From NCBI GenBank assembly GCA_047495785.1, contig JBLDXI010000029.1:3844001-3908000 (forward strand): a DNA stretch of 64,000 nucleotides, given 5' to 3'. Origin of the DNA: Lepidodermella squamata. Taxonomy: Eukaryota; Animalia; Gastrotricha. Of the stretch, positions 60,112 to 64,000 are shown piece by piece. A program made the position numbers and the translations under genes. Each line of letters opens with the position of its first letter. The first letter of the stretch is position 1. The notes below the pieces were generated by a model, which worked only from the letters and a program-made list of their open reading frames with translations, ran no database searches and had not been told where the DNA came from.

Positions 60112-63100
60112 TTATTCAAATGTCAACAATTCGTTGTATTTACTAGCCAGAGCTAATACGTGGCCACTAGTTGCATTCCGAAGTGCTAGAGCAAATGACC
60201 ACAGCTCCCAGCCAGTTTCCGCCGATACCCAAACGGGCGGCATTAAGGTCCACAGCCGAGCATCGCCTTTCATTTCAAAAATCTGAAGCCGGAAATTTCG
60301 ATCGTCCGCTACAATCAGCCGTCCTGCTGGGTCGAACTGAATCTCACGCGGGCTGTAGACTGATCCGGCCATACTTATAGCAGCCCGGTTCCACTTCGCA
60401 ACAGTAGTTATGTACCGGAAGCCTTCCTTCAGCGAACTGACATGCCTGTGGTACAGCGATACCTCCTGCGAATTCTCGGCCCGTCGGACGAAAGACGCGA
60501 AATCTGTTGCGTAGAGATCGACAGAATGCGTTAGACTGCTGCTTATCGCAAGGAGCATAACGCGAATATCATCGTCATCATTATCGTCGTGACCCTCCAA
60601 GGTATTAGCTTCATACATGTTGTAAAGCTGGGCTGTTGTCGCGAAATGGAAGGCAACGTAACTAGGTCTCTGGGTCAATTTAATCGAAGCGAGTAGTTTC
60701 GCCCTTTCGTTTTGCGGCGGCAAGTACCATACAGAAATATCGCCAGTTTTTGACAGGCCATCACAAGCGTAGAGAAGCCTTCGTTGCGAATCGATAGCAA
60801 GAGACGTGAAATACCGATCTCCGTTTGACAAAACGAGAAAATCGAGAGGAACTCCGTCGTAGTTCCAGTCCTTTTGTAAATCGGCCAGGCTGGCCCGATA
60901 GATACCAGCTGGGTGAGTTGATAACGTAAAAAACAGGTCGCCGGATGGTTTATCGAGTACAGCATGGTTGACCCCGACCATTGTTTCATTCTCACTGTTA
61001 CTTTCCATGTATTCGTGGAGAAGCTCATCGGGCAGAAAAATTGAACTTTCCCACTGAACCTGGGACCAGTCAGCTTTATGAAGCTCCTGAAGGAAATTTC
61101 GAGACTTTAAGGTGGCATTTTTGAAATTGTTTTACTTACGATAACTTCTCCATGATAACAGACCACCACAATGGATTGCGTTTCCTCTGAATGGCCTGGA
61201 TTTTCGATTTTAATAATGGCTTGGACATCAGATGGCAATGAAATCAGTGTTCGGGAGAATCGCTTTTTCCAGTGCGTGTAATACGGCGCCTTGAAGAAAG
61301 GATTGACTTTTGGAGCTTCCTCTGGGATCGGAATCCTTATTGGCTCTGATAACACGGTTTTCTCTGCGACTTCAACATTAATTGGCGATGTCGCTGTTGA
61401 AGTTTCGGTTGACGTAATAGTCGACGTTTGAGTGGTTGTAGTAGATTCAGTTGTAGTTTCAGTTGTAGTTTCAGCAGTAATTGAACTAGGTTCCTGTGTC
61501 GTCGGCTTTGCTGTCGCAACTCGGACTAATCTCGAGATACATGAACCAATCGGAGGTTGCCATGAGTCTTTTTCCACGCAACTGCTGATATTAGCCGGGC
61601 CTTGTACTATGTAACCGATAGAACAGTGTAGAGTCACGTTTGAATACAAGGGAACAGCATTGTAAGGGGCGACTGTTATACCATCCATCATGAAAAACGC
61701 ATTTTTAACATAGGGTATGATGCACTAGGAATTAGAAGGATGTAGATTCAGTAATTGAGGAGCTTTCTAGCTTACTTCTTTCCGGTTTTGGGTGCTTGAA
61801 GTCATATTCCCGCCTCCAGGAGCTAAACACGCGCCAGGGTAAGACCAGGCTCCATTATCGTTGCAAATAATCGAGTTAGGGTCATGCGATTGCAGCTTGA
61901 AGCCCGGGTTGCACCTCAAGTCACGGATGGCTCCTATTTCGAAGGTTCCATTTGTGAAAAATCCATTCTCGACAATTGGAACTGGCCCGCAAGATGTTGG
62001 CTTTTCAGGAATCTTTGTCGTCCGTGTCATGTAAGCTGAGGCCATCAAAATCGAAGAACCTGTGTTGGTGATGGATTTTACCCACGGTAAAACAGAGCAA
62101 ATCCTGAATAATTCATGGATTACTTGTGAAATGAAGTCTTTCGGGAAATTACCTGCTGTAAATCCTAGGGACGCCTTGATAAGTTTTGCAAGCTGTTGAG
62201 TTTCGAATCGAGAGAACGCCGATTTGGTACCAAGAATCTTTGACATGGCACATAAGAGGGTCACCAGGTTCACCGATGAGGCAAGACCTGTATCCTTCAT
62301 CATCACCCCCAGCACACATTCGAGTCTTCGCGAAATATGCTGACTTTGAAACTCTCGAACAGATCGCATAAGGCTGGAGGGGTAGGGCGGCTTTCTTCAA
62401 AACACTCAGTTTTTGGTCTAAAATTTTTAGATTTAGATTTTAGATTTTTAGATAGATTTGCTATCATTGCGAAAATAGGAAATTAAGTCTTACCTCTGCT
62501 TATCGGGTTCCAACTCGCTGTAACAGCAACCTGGCAGTTATCAACGGTCGTACTGCCCTCGGAGTAGCTAGCAGGAGCTTGGCATAGTTCGTCGGGTAGC
62601 TTGATAGGCCGAGTTTGTGGTGTAAGTCTAATGGCCATGTTCAGTTTCAGCAAGGCGAAATCGTAATTTTGAGGCAGTCCATTCTCGTCCGTTACGTAAT
62701 CAGGATGCGGAACAACCAGTTCAGCAAAGGTCCGAACTTCACGGGGCTCGTTATTAAGCGCCATGTTATATTTACCCAAGCTCGCTATTACCCTAAAAAT
62801 GGTTTAATAAAATTCAAAAAAATATCGAAAAATTTGAATTTAACTCACACTTTCGATTTATGACCGTTTGTAGTCACGCAACTTGCGGAGGTTAGCAACC
62901 AACTTGGTGTTATAAGGGTCGCCCCGCAAGTCTTCCGTGGTTTCCCATCAAAAAATGCCTCAAGACTGGCCTAATGAAAAAAAAATTGCAAAATGTCTCA
63001 GCTTCGGGTGAGAGTCTCACCATCCATGGGAACTCATGCGGAGACGTGAGAATGTTTTTGTCCTCTTCCTGGAAATCTTCCTCGGCTTCATCGCTGTACT

Positions 63101-63218
63101 CCAAAGGTTGATGTTCTTCTTCGAGCTCGGCTTCTTGTTCATGATCTATTTCAATGTCAATCGCTAATAATCGATTAGCGATAGTTAGGAAGATCAAACA
63201 ATGAGTTATAGTAAGCAT
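60112..63218 (-). CDS. Mosaic secreted protein: acidic pro-region, inactive trypsin-like domain, 2 Sushi/CCP, Thr-rich stalk, NHL-like beta-propeller
   Basis: About seven exons join in frame: PHEFPWM|..CGATLITPSWLLTSASC..|..YDFALLKL..|..SCLIGEPGDPLMC..|CCP1|CCP2+TTTETTTEST|..PREIQFDPAGRLIVADDRNFRLQIF. Confidence 0.75.
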
Positions 63219-64000
63219 TCGTGGTAAGTTTCCGCGAAAAAATTGCGAAAAGCAATAAAACTAACACGCGATGGCGTCGGCCTTAACGACAATGTTTATC
63301 GCGCTTTGAAACAGTAAATAAAAGTGACACTTGACCATTATTTCATCATTATATCCGCGGCGGTGTATATCGCTTTCATATCATCGGTGCGACTGCTACC
63401 TGGTGTATGATGATGATACATGTTGTAATAAAGAAGACAGCAGCCACTTGAGCGGCTTGTTGTTAAATATTTATTTGTGTGTAGTTCGGCTTTGATTCAA
63501 AGCGCGTGTAGTACGAGACTCACTTGTTGGTTGAGCGCTAAAAATGAGCGCTGGCGTAAACAAATTAAGCAGCGCTTTCACAATGGCACGCGCGCAAAAA
63601 ACTTCGTGCGCACTGGCAGATGCGCTCAACGCACTCGCGCACAAGAACTGAGCAAATACTAAACCTAGAAATTATTTCAACATAGGACAGAAAACTATGG
63701 GATCAAACCGAGGTAATGGGTTCTCTCTGATCTTATGCGTTGAAAATTTCCACTTTTAATAGGTTTTAATTTGACTCAAGAGCTCAATTAAATTTAGTAG
63801 CTCGAAGATTTCAAGTCTAAATTCAATTCTAGAATTCCCCAAAATTGAGTTTATCGTCATCCAAAATCCTAATAATCTCAATTATCATCATTGCTAAGTG
63901 TCCATTGGGCAAACAACACAATTGCCTTAAGGCCCCGCGGTTTTTTTGGGCTTTTGCCAAGGGTCCCCATAATTTCTGACTCTCGTTAGGAATTCCATAG

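Overview
Eukaryotic (metazoan, probably invertebrate) genomic DNA with ~50-65 bp GT-AG introns, so the supplied ORF track mostly shows exon fragments. The exact taxon cannot be determined from the sequence. Bases 0.8-43.3 kb hold a tandem family of nine plus-strand genes (here A-I, 12 modules in total) plus two relics. They encode signal-peptide, ~30-Cys, EB-module-like surface proteins with a C-terminal GPI-type tail. The cysteine scaffold is conserved while three inter-cysteine loops are hypervariable. In the three two-module genes (A, B, C) one loop has grown from 14 to 27 or 33 residues and is Trp-rich, including a natural match to the tryptophan-zipper pattern. The two-module genes appear to have arisen by exon fusion, and they keep an in-phase 5' splice site inside their GPI exon that could chain modules across neighbouring genes. 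This is the best candidate here for an undescribed variable recognition system. The array contains many MITEs, a LINE relic and a hAT element that disrupts gene C and carries a tRNA-like cloverleaf. Downstream lie two GABA-B-like class C GPCRs, a Tyr/Pro-rich transmembrane adaptor-like gene, an MRH-domain-like secreted protein, two intronless PQQ/BamB-like beta-propeller genes (HGT candidates), a tandem LamG-like GPI protein, tRNA-Ser(TGA), two head-to-head RDH-like SDRs and an inactive trypsin-CCP-CCP-mucin-propeller mosaic gene. All gene models were read by eye and no database searches were run.
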